Notes under the pieces: model-generated | The model's database searches: none | What the model was told of the DNA's origin: nothing | Seen by the model: the letters and a program-made list of their open reading frames with translations, nothing else | Shown: positions 20,669 through 32,575 of the stretch, in pieces | Numbering within the stretch: position 1 is the stretch's first letter | Layout: each line of letters starts with the position of its first letter | NCBI GenBank assembly: GCA_963733195.1 | Contig: CAVTCR010000012.1 | Location: 1-64,000 of the forward strand | Direction: 5' to 3' | Length of the DNA: 64,000 nt | From: an uncultured delta proteobacterium | GTDB lineage: Bacteria; Desulfobacterota; Binatia; Bin18 | Translations under genes and position numbers: made by a program

Positions 20669-21030
20669 ATGCCGACGCTACAGACCTCTGGGCGCGGGCG
20701 CTTCAAGCTCTGCAGACCACGATACTGCTTTTGTCGGCAGATCCAGATGCCGCTGCTTCTCGGGCCTACTACGCTGCTTTTTATGCGGTGTCTGCTTTAT
20801 TTGCCCTCCAAGGAAAGACTTTTGCCAAGCATGCCGCGGTAAGAACAGCCGTCCACCGCGATTTGGTCGAGCCGGGACTCTGGTCACGAAAGCAAGCGGA
20901 GGATTATTAGTTCCTGTTCAAACTCAGCAATACTGGGGACTATGGCGGAGGAATCCATGTGACTGACGACAATGCGACAGAAGCACTCGCGGCGACGCGT
21001 CGCATTCTTCAAGAACCGTTCATGATGCTG
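20665..21030 (+). pseudogene. HEPN-domain protein with an internal stop
   Basis: SRAYYAAFYAVSALF...KHAAV; TAG at 20908 followed in frame by FLFKLSNTGDYGG. Confidence 0.75.
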
Positions 21031-21386
21031 TCCCAACAATCTTCCCAAAGACAAGGAACGTCGAGCCCGACGGTCATCCCTAACGGAAGGACACCGCTCG
21101 AAAGACGTTTCCAGTGAGTGAGGGCTCCTGTTACTGAAAGGGCGCGCTATTCCCTGGCTGCCTTCTTGCAACCTCATGTGGTAAAGGTAAAGGCCGAAGA
21201 AACGGTTGATTCGAGCAAACTGAAACAGAAAGCAACATACGGCGTATCGTGTACCACGCAATACGAAGCACGCACAATGTTTAGCCGACTACCGCGCTCT
21301 CCGACTTCGCCGTTGCACGGCTACGCTCAGAGCAAACGGCCTGTGCTTTCTTACGGTGTCTATTACTGAATCAATCGGTACTAACC

Positions 21387-22829
21387 CTACGGCCGCACAG
21401 CTTCCCACACAGGTGGCAGTTGTGGTTGCTCGGCGTATGCTGTCCACCCTCCACCAAGCGCTCTGTAGAGTTGTACCACCGCAATCAGTTGATCGCGTTG
21501 GGTCTGCGCGAGAGCATTTTCTGCTGGAAAGAGTTGTTGCTGTGCCTCAATCACCTCAAAATAGCCGGCCAAGCCACCGCTGTAACGCAGCGTCGAGAGC
21601 CGTACTGACTCCTGTAGCGCTTTCACCGCTCGCTCTTGGTCTCTTCGTACTTCTGCCAGCTTTTGTTGGTTGATGAGGGCGTTTGATACTTCTTGTAGGG
21701 CAGTAATCACTGACTGTTCGTAGCGTAATTTGGTTTGCTCCCACTCAGTAACAGCAACTTGGTACAAACTTGATAATCGTCCACCTTGTATAATTGGGCC
21801 ACTCAATTGTGCTGCCACAGCCCAAATGGAGCTACTGTTGTTCACGACATTCTCGATGTCCGCACTTGCTCCCCCGAAAAGGCTTGTCAGACCAATACGT
21901 GGAAAGAAGTCCGCCTGCGCTACACCAATGCGAGCATTGGCAGCAATCAGTGTCTGTTCGGCTTGGAGAATATCAGGTCGGCGTTCTAATAGTTGGGATG
22001 GTAACCCAGACGGGGTGGCTGGTGGAAACATATGATCGGTCAGCATCACACCACGCGGAATCGGACCAGGGTTGCGCCCTAAAAGGACATTGATTTGGTT
22101 TTCCTTGGCAACAATAAACCGTTCCAGATTTGGAATCACCGCTGAAGTCGAAGCAAGCGCGGCTTCAGCCCGTGCAGTCTCAAGTTTCGACGCGACACCT
22201 AATTGGAATCGCCGAGAAAACAACTCCAACGTTTTTTGAAAAGATTCCGTCGTCCGTCGCGCGATCTCGAGTTCAAGATCGAGTTCCCGCAACTCAAAGT
22301 ATGCTTGAGCAACGTCGCTGACCAGCGAGAGGATAACACCGCGACGGAATTCTTCACTGGCAAGCAGTTCTGCTACTGCGGCATCAGTCGAATAACGGAT
22401 ACGTCCCCACAGATCGAGTTCCCATGCAAGGTTGAAGATGCCTCTGAAGGCATTATTCTCTTCTCCAACCGGAATCTGCACAGAAAGTTGCGATATATTG
22501 TGCGACCGCCCAATTCCTCCCTCATAGCCAATCTGCGGAAAGAAGTCTGCGCGGGCAACCCCGTAGAGCGCGCGAGACTGCTCAACCCGCGCTGCGGCGA
22601 TGCGCAGATCGTAATTGTTCTCCAATGCTTCATTGATCAATCCAGCCAGGGCTTCATCACGAAACACCTCCCACCAGGCAAGGTCAGCAAAGGAGATTGC
22701 CTCCGGCGTACCAATATAGCTGCGATAACTATCAGGGACATCTAGAGTCGGGCGTTGATACAATGGACCGAAGGTGCAGGACGTTAAGAGCGTCGTTGCC
22801 AATACAGAAATCACTACGAATGTCTTCAT
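21387..22829 (-). CDS. RND efflux outer-membrane lipoprotein (OprM/NodT family)
   Basis: Lipobox LTSC, WWEVFRD, WELDLWG, LLERRPDI, LYRALGGGW. Confidence 0.92.
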   Translation of the reverse strand: MKTFVVISVLATTLLTSCTFGPLYQRPTLDVPDSYRSYIGTPEAISFADLAWWEVFRDEALAGLINEALENNYDLRIAAARVEQSRALYGVARADFFPQIGYEGGIGRSHNISQLSVQIPVGEENNAFRGIFNLAWELDLWGRIRYSTDAAVAELLASEEFRRGVILSLVSDVAQAYFELRELDLELEIARRTTESFQKTLELFSRRFQLGVASKLETARAEAALASTSAVIPNLERFIVAKENQINVLLGRNPGPIPRGVMLTDHMFPPATPSGLPSQLLERRPDILQAEQTLIAANARIGVAQADFFPRIGLTSLFGGASADIENVVNNSSSIWAVAAQLSGPIIQGGRLSSLYQVAVTEWEQTKLRYEQSVITALQEVSNALINQQKLAEVRRDQERAVKALQESVRLSTLRYSGGLAGYFEVIEAQQQLFPAENALAQTQRDQLIAVVQLYRALGGGWTAYAEQPQLPPVWEAVRP

Positions 22830-22831
22830 CG

Positions 22832-25800
22832 TTAATCCGCCACTCCTTCAACCACCACAGCTTCAGTCCTTTGGGGGATATGGGTGCGCTCTTTGCGACG
22901 AGCGATACGCTCGACTGCAACGAACAATACAGGAACAAGAAAGATCCCGATCAGCGTTGCAGTTAACATACCGACGATCACTACTGTGCCAAGAATTTGT
23001 CGTGCAACTGCCCCGGCTCCAAAAGCTCCCCACAACGGCACACAACCCAAAATAAAAGCGAACGACGTCATCAGAATCGGACGTAATCGCAACCGTGCCC
23101 CACTCAGTGCCGCCTCTATCGCAGACTTTCCTTTCTCCATTTCGAGTTTCGCGAACTCGACAATGAGAATGGCGTTTTTTGCTGCCAAGCCAATCAACAT
23201 CACAAGCCCAATCTGGGCATACACGTTGTTCTCGAATTGTCGCATCCACAAGCCAAGAAACGCACCGAACATCGCAATCGGCGTACCAAGTAGCACGCTG
23301 AACGGCAACGACCAACTCTCATACAACGCCGCTAAGATGAGAAAGACGAACAGCAAGGAGAGCGCAAACACACCGGCGGCTCCACCTTCTGCCCGCTTCT
23401 GCTGAAACGAGAGGCTATTCCATGCATAGCCCATCTCTGGAGGCATCACTTCGTGAAACACCTCTTCGAGGGCAGTCATCGCTTGACCGGAACTGTATCC
23501 TGGCGCTGCTGCGCCAATGATCTCTGCAGCGCGGTAGAGATTAAAGTGAATCGTGAATTCAGGACCTGATGTTGCTTCGATCGTCACTAGCGTCGAGAGC
23601 GGAACCATATTGCCCTCGTTATTGCGCACGAAAAACTGACTGATGTCCTCGGCACGGATGCGATACTCTGGGTCTGCTTGCAGGAACACACGCCACTGGC
23701 GACCAAAGCGATTGAAATCGTTCACATAGAATCCGCCCATCAGCGTTTGCAGAGCCGAATAAACCTCACGAATATCAACCCCAACTTCAATGCCTTGTCG
23801 CGATCCACTCGAGCATACACCTGTGGGACGGCAGCACTAAACAAACTGTTCAGTCCTACAAGTTCCGGTCGCTTGCGGGCCGCTTCAAGAAAACGGTTGA
23901 CTTGCCCGGCCAAGAAACTCGACCGACCCACCGCTGCGGTCTTGCAGCATGAAGCTGAATCCCCCTGCGCGACCAAACCCTGGAATAGCAGGAGGCAGGA
24001 TGGCAAACGCCCGTCCTTCTGCGAGTTGGCCAACTTGGCGGTTAACAGCGGCCTGTATGCCTTTGACACTCGTCTCAGGAGTTCGACGTTCCTCCCACGA
24101 CTCAAAGCGCACGAAAATCGTCGCGGAATAAGTTGTCGAAGCGCCAGTTAGCAGATTGAAGCCAGTAAGAGCGTTGGACCCCCGTACGCCGGGGGTTTGC
24201 TTCGACATCTCAACAATCTTGGTGACGACTGCATCAGTCCGTTGAAAAGAGGCGGCATCAGGCAATTGTAAACTCACCACCATGTAACCGTTATCCTCGT
24301 CAGGAAGAAACCCGCCTGGTAACATCCGCCCAATCCACCCCCCTGCTATGGCGACAGCGACAAGCAAGAGCAGACTGAAGAAGGCTTTACGTACCAATCC
24401 GCCAGTGACACGGATATACCCGTTCGTCGCCCCTTCAAATGCTCGATTAAAGCCGCGAAAAAAGTAGCCGAGTGGTCCCCGCGTTCTGCGCGCCGGTCGC
24501 AACAGCTTCGCACTGAGTGCTGGGCTTAACGTCAATGCATTGATGGCCGAGAGCAGCACTGAGATGGCAATCGTCAGAGCGAACTGCTGATAGAGTTGGC
24601 CGGTAATGCCGCCCATAAAAGCAACGGGAATGAAGACCGACGGCAAGAATCAGCGCGATTGCGATCACCGGACCGGAAACTTCTTCCATTGCCTTAAGTG
24701 TCGCCTCTCGTGGAGTAAGTCCACGCTCGATATGATGCTGGACCGCTTCGACAACGACGATCGCATCATCCACCACGATCCCGATCGCTAATACCAGCCC
24801 AAAGAGTGAGAGCGTATTGATGGTAAAGCCCAGCAACGGAAAAATCATGAAAGTGCCGATTAGTGACACTGGAACAGTCAGCAGTGGAATCAACGTCGCC
24901 CGCCAACTTTGCAAGAAGAGGTAGACGACAAGAGTGACCAGCAGGACGGCAATAAGGAGCGTTTTGACAATCTCTTTCAGGCCTTCAGTAACAGGAAGCG
25001 TGGTATCGAGAGACACTTCGTAGGTCGAGATCCTGCGGAAATCGAGTACTCAATTCTGCCATCGCCGCTTTCACCTGATTTGCTACCGCGAGCGAGTTCG
25101 AGCCGGGCAACTGGTTCACGGTAATCACCGCCGCTGGTCTGCCGGTGAGTCGCCCACGCTGGTTATAGTTTTGCGTCCCGAGTTCAACGCGGGCCACATC
25201 CTTGAGCCGAATCGTCGAACCATCGGAATTAAGTCGTACAACAACGTCACCAAACTCCTCGGCATTGACTAATCGGCCCTGCGCGCGGACTGCGTAGGTG
25301 AACTCTTGTCCTGACGGGGCAGGTTCTCCACCTACCTGCCCTGCAGGATTCACCGCGTTCTGCTTCAGAATAGCGTTTTGTAAATCACTCACAGTTAGGC
25401 CAAGCCGAGCGATTTGGTCAGGCTTGACCCAAATACGCATCGCATAATCAGAGGCTCCGCGCGTTTGCACATCACCAACCCCAGGAATCCGCTTGATCGC
25501 GTCGTTAATATTGATCGTCGCGTAGTTGCCAAGAAAGTTGAAATCATAGGTGCCATTGGGTGAAATGATCGAAATAATGAGCAATGGAAATGCGAGCGAC
25601 TTCCTGACACTCACGCCAAAATTTCTTCACATCAAGTGGGAGTGCAGGCGTCGCCTGTGCCACACGATTTTGGATGAGCACGTTGTCGATATCGACGTTG
25701 GTCCCGACTTCAAAATCCACCGAGAGGGTGATGGTTCCATCGTTGGCGTTGGTAGACTTCATGTAGAGCATGTTGTCCACACCATTAACCTGCTGTTCGA

Positions 25801-25993
25801 TCGGTGTGGCCACGGCTTGCTCGACCGTCACAGCGTCGGCTCCAGTGTACGTCGTCGTCACTTGAATTTGCGGCGGAACAATGTCGGGCAATTGCGCAAT
25901 CGGCAGGCGGCTCATCGACACCAATCCACCGATAGTGATGAGAATAGCAATGACCATCGCCACAATCGGGCGATCGATGAAAAACCGCGCCAT
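22832..25993 (-). CDS. HAE1 RND permease (AcrB/MexB/BpeB-like), multiply frameshifted
   Basis: MARFFIDRPIVA, GIVVDDAIVVVE, GLAAKNAILIVEFA, RLRPILMTS. Confidence 0.92.
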
Positions 25994-25994
25994 A

Positions 25995-27251
25995 CTATTT
26001 CTCCCCTAGTTTTGTCGCGGACACTGGCGTCGGCGGGGTAGCCGGCGCTATGCTCACCTGCCCGTTTGATTCAGTCGGAACTGGTTTTGGCACTACGACT
26101 GCTCCGTCCCTCACTTTTTGTAATCCCTCGACCACCACACGATCTCCAGGAGCCAGTCCTTCATCGATCACCCACAACGTCCCGACTCGCGTGCTCGCTT
26201 TCACCACACGGAACTCGACCTTATTCTCTGCATTCACAATGGCAACGCGGCGAGTCCCTTGCAACTCCTGCACTGCGCGTTGGGGAATAAGGAGGGCTCC
26301 CGGCTTTTGGTCCGTCACTGCCCGTACCTTCGCATACAAGCCAGGGCGTAAGATACTCTTCGGATTCGGGAAATAACTCACAACCGTAATCGTCCCAGTC
26401 TTAAGGTCCACCTCACGATCTCGGCAAAGCGAATCCACCTCGCTCAGGGTAAACATTCCCGTCCGCAAGAACCAGCTCGATCGGCGGGCCGTGCTGCTGG
26501 GCACGCTTCTCTGCTTGCATTGCGCTGGCGACCCGATCAGCAAACTTGAGATATTCGCGTTCGCTCATAGGAAAAGTGACTTTAATCGGATCAACCCGAG
26601 AGACGGTAGTGAGAAGAGTGTTCGCCCCAATCAAATCGCCAATCTGTGCAACAGCAATTCCGGCGATGCCGTCGATTGGCGATTTCACCTGCGCCCATTC
26701 TAAGTTGAGTTCAGCCTGCTTGACGGCAGCACGCATGCCTGCCAGGGCAGCCTGGTTACCACGATCGGCTTGAATCGCGTTATCGAGTTCCTGTTGGCTG
26801 ATTGCACCTTCTTTCGCCAGCGGTGTATAACGTGCAACATCAAGGCGAGTCTTTCCCAATGCTGCTTCAGCTCGTCCTAAATCTCCTTTGGCTTGATCAA
26901 GGGCCGCTTGGTATGGGCGTGGGTCAATCGAGAATAAGAGATCGCCAGACTTGACGGATATTCCTTCGCGATAATGTCGCGCCTGAAGGTAGCCCTGGAC
27001 GCGTGCGCGAATCTGGGCATTGATTGCACCGTCTGTCGTCCCCAGCCATTCAGAGTACACCGGCACGTCTTGCTGAATGACTGGAGTCACTAGCACTTCA
27101 GGAGGCGGCGGTGGTGGCGGCGCTGCAGCCGGCGATTTCTCTTTCGTACACGCGAGCAACGTTGTGAAGAGGCGAAGACGCAGAAACGAATGAAGAACTG
27201 TCGAGCGGCAGGCATCCGTACCCAGAAAGACCAAGAAAATTGTATGATCAT
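25995..27251 (-). CDS. RND periplasmic adaptor (MFP), frameshifted
   Basis: IRARVQGYL, LFSIDPRPYQA, SPIDGIAG, FPNPKSILRPG, GDRVVVEGLQK. Confidence 0.9.
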
Positions 27252-27515
27252 CGTATCTTTCAAACTCCTGTACCTCTTTTGCAACACCTCAAGCTTGTGC
27301 GCCCTGTCTGTTTCATCTCTAGACCGTAACAACTGAGAGAAACGACCTTTCGCTGGCAGAACGAACGAATCCTTATAAAAATGAGAAACCTCATCGGAAG
27401 GTCAAAGAAAGGCAATCTAAGACAAGGGTAGATTTTTTCTCTGAATTTGTTTAGCTTCTTCCGCTCTTTAGTTTTCCATGGCGATAAAGTATAGGAAGAT
27501 GAGGGAAGAAAAAAG

Positions 27516-28259
27516 ATGAAAGCGATCATTCTCGCTGCCGGGGTCGGCAAACGGTTTAAGGAAGTCACGGACCATCGCCCTAAGTGCCTGATTGATATTC
27601 AAGGTAAAACGCTCCTTGAACGGACACTCGCAGCTCTCGGAGCAGCGGGAGTTTCGCAGGCGGTCGTGGTGATTGGCTATCGTGGCGAGATGATCAAGCA
27701 GCAGATTGGTTCGACCTGTGGCAGGGTCCAGGTGAAATATGTCCTCAATCCACAGTATGAGAAAGGGGCGATTCTGTCGTTGCTCAGTGCCCGCGAAGAA
27801 TTTGACGACGACATTCTCATCATGGATGCCGATGTCCTCTTTCCCATTGCGATGATTGACCGATTGATTCACTCACCCCATGCAAATTGTTTCCTGCTCG
27901 ACGGCAGTGCCAAAAACACTGGTGAAGAACAGATGCTGCTCACGCGTGACGGGCGCGTACTGAATATCGTCCGTGGCGGATCGGGAAACTTCGACGTGAT
28001 CGGTGAATCTGTGGGCTTTCTCAAAGTCTCTCGCAGTGATGCTCCTCTGTTGCGCTCGATTCTCGAAAATCTTGTTGCGCAAGGTCGTGACACCATCGAA
28101 CATGAAGAAGCATATCCCGTATTTCTCGCCCAACGTGTCGTCGGCTTCGAGCGGGTGGACGACTTACCGTGGACTGAGATCGATTTTCCTGAAGACCTGC
28201 AAAGAGCGGAACAGGAAGTGTTGCCACGGATTGTCGCAATAGATCAGACGAAGGATTAA
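27516..28259 (+). CDS. Phosphocholine/phosphonate cytidylyltransferase family (LicC/PntC-like)
   Basis: ILAAGVGKR, PKCL, MDADV, GEEQM, GESVGFLK, WTEIDFPEDL. Confidence 0.8.
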   Translation: MKAIILAAGVGKRFKEVTDHRPKCLIDIQGKTLLERTLAALGAAGVSQAVVVIGYRGEMIKQQIGSTCGRVQVKYVLNPQYEKGAILSLLSAREEFDDDILIMDADVLFPIAMIDRLIHSPHANCFLLDGSAKNTGEEQMLLTRDGRVLNIVRGGSGNFDVIGESVGFLKVSRSDAPLLRSILENLVAQGRDTIEHEEAYPVFLAQRVVGFERVDDLPWTEIDFPEDLQRAEQEVLPRIVAIDQTKD

Positions 28260-28341
28260 CAATAACGGCGAGAGAGGATTAGTCGAGGCAGTGAGATCGG
28301 CAATAGCTTTACGAGTATATTCCTTGGTCTACATTGTACGC

Positions 28342-28613
28342 ATGAAACGAGTTACCGCATCAGAAGCGCGAAAGCAATGGTTTCGGTTGTTAGATGAAGT
28401 ATGCCTCAGGGGAAGTTGTCGTTTTGGAACGTAAGGGTCGGCGTCTCGTCCTCCGACGCGAAGAAGTGAAACATCGCTCCCACGAGCGACAAGCTACGAC
28501 TGATTACCACAACTTGCTGCAAGGTACCTGATGTGGATAAGGCCGACCAATGGGCTTGGGAGTGGCAAGGGGAAGAAAAAGAGCTTACCCTGGCCAGACG
28601 TGGCACTCGGTGA
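28342..28613 (+). CDS. Phd/YefM-like antitoxin, frameshifted
   Basis: MKRVTASEARKQWFRLLDEV...GEVVVLERKGRRL. Confidence 0.65.
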
Positions 28614-29027
28614 CTAGCGGATACTCGATACGCATTTTCTTATCTGGTTGACGCTTCAATCGCCTCGGGCTTTCCGAGTATTCCCTGGCTTGAACACTAT
28701 CGACCGTGGGGTGTCTCGCCGATCTCTTTCCTCGAAATCCAGTATCTTGCTGAAATCGAGTCGGATCGAGGTTCGGGAATCCAGAATTTACTGAGCATAG
28801 TTCTCAACGACACTCGGTTACATATGTAGGAACGAAATTCCCCTCTCTATCTCTCGTGCGTACATGCTCTTGATTTGTCTTGGAATCCGCGATCACGCCG
28901 TTTGATCGTCTGCTCGCCGCCCACAGTGCAAACCGTCGGATACCCCTTTGTACGACCGACCGGCTCATTCGAGCTCATCACCCTCTGAATCGTACAAGAA
29001 CTGCGCCGAGCAGCAAAGAAGAATTAA
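28610..29027 (+). pseudogene. VapC PIN-domain toxin, heavily frameshifted
   Basis: ILDTHFLIW, VSPISFLEI, PFDRLLAAH, PLCTTDR; GTGA overlap with the antitoxin. Confidence 0.7.
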
Positions 29028-29036
29028 TTATCTCTC

Positions 29037-30770
29037 ATGTTCCCACCTTTACTCACCCCACTGAATCGCCTATCGCCGTTGATTCTTGCAGCGTTACTCT
29101 TCGTTCTTTCCTTTGCGGCCTTTTCCTGGCGGCTGGGTGAAGGACCGATTTATCGCACGATGGAAGGCCGTGAAGCAATGGTGATGCAAGAAATTGCCAA
29201 TACCGACAACTGGATCTTACCGTTGCGTAATGGAGAGACGATTCCTTCAAAGCCACCATTTTTTCATTGGTGTGGAGTGTTGGTTGCGCGACTCACCGGC
29301 GGTGTCTCGCCGTGGAGTGTGCGATTTCCTAATGCGTTTTTCTCAGCACTCAGCATCGCGCTCACCTGTTTGCTAGGATGCCGCCTCTCAGGTCGTGAAG
29401 TAGGCGTGCTTGCTGCCTTACTGCTCTTTACTACTCCAGCAGTCGTTGAAATGGCCCGTGAGGGATGGGTTGATCCAGCACTGTCGTTTTTTGTCCTGAC
29501 CGCGCTCACGAGCTTTACCTTCATGTACGAAAACGAGCAATGGCGCGGATGGCAAATCTGGGTGTTCTACCTTTCCCTCGCCGGTGCAGTACTCAGCAAA
29601 GGTCCGATCGGCTACATTCTTCCGCTTGTTGTGATTGTGGCTTATCTCGCCATTCAGCAACAACTCTCGCGGCTGCGCGCGCTGATATTTCTTCCTGGGC
29701 TCCTCATCGCGATCGGCGTGCCTTTGGTCTGGTATCTCTTAGCATTTTCACAACAAGGGTGGACATTTGTTCACAAACAGATTTGGCAGGAAAACCTGGT
29801 CCGTTTCACTGCGGGTTCTGGCAAGCGTATCCCTTCGGCGACATTTTTCTTCCTACCGTTCTTTGTCGAAGGCTTCCCGTGGAGTCTCTTGTTCTGCCTC
29901 GGTCTCTGGCGTCTTTCTCAACACGCTCCAGTACGAGACCACGGCGTCTTTCCCTTGGTGTGGTTGTTTTCGATCATGATGTTCTTCGCCATCGCCGCCG
30001 GCAAGCGGAGCATCTATCTCCTGCCGATTTATCCAGCGATGGCATTGTTTGCGGTCGAATGGGGATGGTTAACAGTGCCGCATGTATCTCAGCCACTACC
30101 CACGTTACTGCGCGTGCCGCTTCGTCTCCTCGCATGCGTCGTTAGTGGACTGGCAATTTTCGCTGCGTGGTCTGTCGCATTGGGATATTTGACTCTCAAT
30201 ACCCCGTGGATCGATACGCTGATTGGGGAAGACAAATGGAGCAACATTGCACTCTACATTCGCTTCTTTGCCGAACAGCCAGTGTATGGCACAGTGGTAT
30301 TCTCTGTTTTGTGTACTGGCTTAGCCTGGACCGTTTTTCTTGGAACCGCAGGTCGCTGGCGTAGCGCGTTGTGGAGCCTTCTTTTTGTGCTGATCGTTTC
30401 AACTGTTGGCATCTATCCATTCACGCGTGCCTATGCCAAAGAGTTCAAATCGTTCACCGGCTTTGCGACGGCAATCAAAGAGGTAGTCCCGCTCGACGCA
30501 TCATTGCGCTTCTATACACCCCTCCCCTATTCATCTGAATTCGACGAATTCTCTCAGGTCTATTTCTATCTCGGTCGTCACGTGCCGTTAGCCCCTTGTG
30601 CGGAACAGCCAGACTTACGTCGTTGTGAGCCTGGATATTATCTCTTACGCTTTCCTCATTGGCAGAAAGTGAAAGAGTCGGCTCCGGCACAGCTACTTCT
30701 CGATAGTCGCATGTCAGCCGGTCCTGACGCTGAGGCACGCCTAGCACTGATCCAACGCCTTCCCTACTAG
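29037..30770 (+). CDS. ArnT/PMT-family (GT-C) polyprenyl-phosphosugar glycosyltransferase
   Basis: MEGRE, WILPLRNG...SKPPFFHW, LSKGPIG, FPWS, KRSIYLLPIYPA; many TMs. Confidence 0.85.
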   Translation: MFPPLLTPLNRLSPLILAALLFVLSFAAFSWRLGEGPIYRTMEGREAMVMQEIANTDNWILPLRNGETIPSKPPFFHWCGVLVARLTGGVSPWSVRFPNAFFSALSIALTCLLGCRLSGREVGVLAALLLFTTPAVVEMAREGWVDPALSFFVLTALTSFTFMYENEQWRGWQIWVFYLSLAGAVLSKGPIGYILPLVVIVAYLAIQQQLSRLRALIFLPGLLIAIGVPLVWYLLAFSQQGWTFVHKQIWQENLVRFTAGSGKRIPSATFFFLPFFVEGFPWSLLFCLGLWRLSQHAPVRDHGVFPLVWLFSIMMFFAIAAGKRSIYLLPIYPAMALFAVEWGWLTVPHVSQPLPTLLRVPLRLLACVVSGLAIFAAWSVALGYLTLNTPWIDTLIGEDKWSNIALYIRFFAEQPVYGTVVFSVLCTGLAWTVFLGTAGRWRSALWSLLFVLIVSTVGIYPFTRAYAKEFKSFTGFATAIKEVVPLDASLRFYTPLPYSSEFDEFSQVYFYLGRHVPLAPCAEQPDLRRCEPGYYLLRFPHWQKVKESAPAQLLLDSRMSAGPDAEARLALIQRLPY

Positions 30771-30797
30771 ACAGTTTCCTGAAGCAGAGATAAGCCG

Positions 30798-31625
30798 TTG
30801 CCACTGTTCAGGAGAAGTAGAGTGTCGAAGAACTTTGAGCAAGTCGCGGTTACTGTCAGTAAAGACAGGCAGGATGAGGCCAGCGCTCCCCCGCGTCATC
30901 CACCGCACCCTCCTGATGCATCACCTGTGGTGATTTGGTTACGGCGCTACCGTCGCTATCTGCCTATCCCACTGATTCTTGTAACTGTCTTATGGCTTCG
31001 CCCAACCGTCCCATTTGGTAGCCCTTTTTTTGACACCGCAAGTGATATTCTCGGTGTCGGCATCTGTGCGCTCGGCCAGTGGTTACGCATGTGGGCGTGG
31101 GGAAGTAATGCCACCGTCGGGAAATGGGGAGTGCGAGATCGGGGACCATATCAGTTGATGCGCCATCCACTCTACGCAGGGAACTTTCTTATTGTCGTGG
31201 GTCTTGTCGTGATTTTCCACAATCCGTGGGCCTACCCGCTACTGCTGCTCCCGTTTGCGTACCTGTACCACACAATAACCAATATGGAAGAACAACGTCT
31301 GCGCCGGCGGTTCAGTGACGATTACCATGAGTATCGTAAGGATGAAGCCCCACGGTTTCTTCCAGCGTTGGGCAACTTCGGTGCGGCCCTCAACACTACG
31401 CGCCCCTTTAGCTGGGGACTTGCGTGGAGGAAAGAGAGCGAATCGTGCTGTGGCTGGCTGGCTGGTGTTGTCATACTGCAAGTGTATGAAGGAGTACTCG
31501 CGCGTGGCTGGACAGCAAACTGGCCGCACACACAGCGTTGGTTAGTAGTGCTGGGGTTTCTTGGTATTCTCGCACTCGTGTTGCACATTCGCAAACAGAC
31601 ACTGCCTCTGTCACCAAGTCGCTAA
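30798..31625 (+). CDS. Isoprenylcysteine carboxylmethyltransferase/PEMT-family membrane methyltransferase
   Basis: LRMWAWG, GPYQLMRHPLYAGN, EEQRLRRRF...YHEY...PRFLP. Confidence 0.8.
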   Translation: MPLFRRSRVSKNFEQVAVTVSKDRQDEASAPPRHPPHPPDASPVVIWLRRYRRYLPIPLILVTVLWLRPTVPFGSPFFDTASDILGVGICALGQWLRMWAWGSNATVGKWGVRDRGPYQLMRHPLYAGNFLIVVGLVVIFHNPWAYPLLLLPFAYLYHTITNMEEQRLRRRFSDDYHEYRKDEAPRFLPALGNFGAALNTTRPFSWGLAWRKESESCCGWLAGVVILQVYEGVLARGWTANWPHTQRWLVVLGFLGILALVLHIRKQTLPLSPSR

Positions 31626-31663
31626 ACAAGAAAATAAAACGTTCCTTTCGTTTCAGATTGAAG

Positions 31664-32575
31664 ATGTCGGCTATAACTCCCCACCGTTATCTGATCGTTA
31701 ATGGCGACGATTTCGGTCTCTCTCCTCAGGTGAATGCTGGGATCGTTCACGCACATCAGCACGGCATTCTGACTAACACGAGTTTGATGGTGTCCGGCCC
31801 AGCATGGAAAGATGCCATCGCACGTGCCAAAGATATTCCAAGTTTAAGTGTCGGATTACACCTCACGCTTGTGCAAGGCCGAGCGACATTACCTCCGCAT
31901 TTCACATTTGCACTGACTGACTTCGGCGGGAATTTTCTTGATAACCCTATGCATGCCGGGTTGCGCTATTTTTTCCTGCCACGTGCACGTGAGCAGATCC
32001 GGGATGAATGCCGAGCACAAATTGAGAAGTTTCTCGCCACCGGACTCCATTTGGGACATATTGATGGCCATCTCAACATTCACATGCACCCCACCGTCCT
32101 GGATATCCTGATTCCACTGTTGCTGGAATACAACATTCCTGCCATGCGAGTTTCGCATGAACCCCTCGCACTCAGCCTCGCGCTTGATGCTCGCTCCGGG
32201 ATGCGAAAGCGGTGGGAATCGTTAATTTTTACTCGTCTTGCGCTGCGGGCGAAGAAAAAATTGCACGCTGCGAGAATTGCTTTTCCTTCTGTGCTTTTTG
32301 GCCTACACCAAAGCGGAGAGATCACCGAGAGTTATCTCCTCCGCCTTATTCCTCAGCTGACAAGCGGAGTAACGGAGATCTATTGTCATCCTGCTTTCCT
32401 TCCGTGCCTAGAAGTCCAACGCTGGACGCCTACCTACCGTCGCGATGTTGAACTTGACGCGTTGACGCGACGGTCAATCCGTAACGCCCTTGAAGAGCGT
32501 GAAGTGAAGCTCATCAGTTATCGAGAGTTGCCACTCGTATCCGCCAATGAACGTCATGAGGCGTTGAGAGTATAG
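31664..32575 (+). CDS. hpnK: Hopanoid biosynthesis deacetylase HpnK (YdjC/ChbG family)
   Basis: LIVNGDDFG, SLMV, GLHLTLVQG, AGLRYFF, HIDGHLNIHMHP, EIYCHP. Confidence 0.85.
   Translation: MSAITPHRYLIVNGDDFGLSPQVNAGIVHAHQHGILTNTSLMVSGPAWKDAIARAKDIPSLSVGLHLTLVQGRATLPPHFTFALTDFGGNFLDNPMHAGLRYFFLPRAREQIRDECRAQIEKFLATGLHLGHIDGHLNIHMHPTVLDILIPLLLEYNIPAMRVSHEPLALSLALDARSGMRKRWESLIFTRLALRAKKKLHAARIAFPSVLFGLHQSGEITESYLLRLIPQLTSGVTEIYCHPAFLPCLEVQRWTPTYRRDVELDALTRRSIRNALEEREVKLISYRELPLVSANERHEALRV

Noticed and set aside
22832-27251. Fragmented RND genes (also hpnJ, bfr, porin, ATP-grasp) as pseudogenes or programmed frameshifts
   Set aside because: Single-base indels occur throughout the window in otherwise well-conserved genes, which points to sequencing error; no slippery-site pattern was evident.
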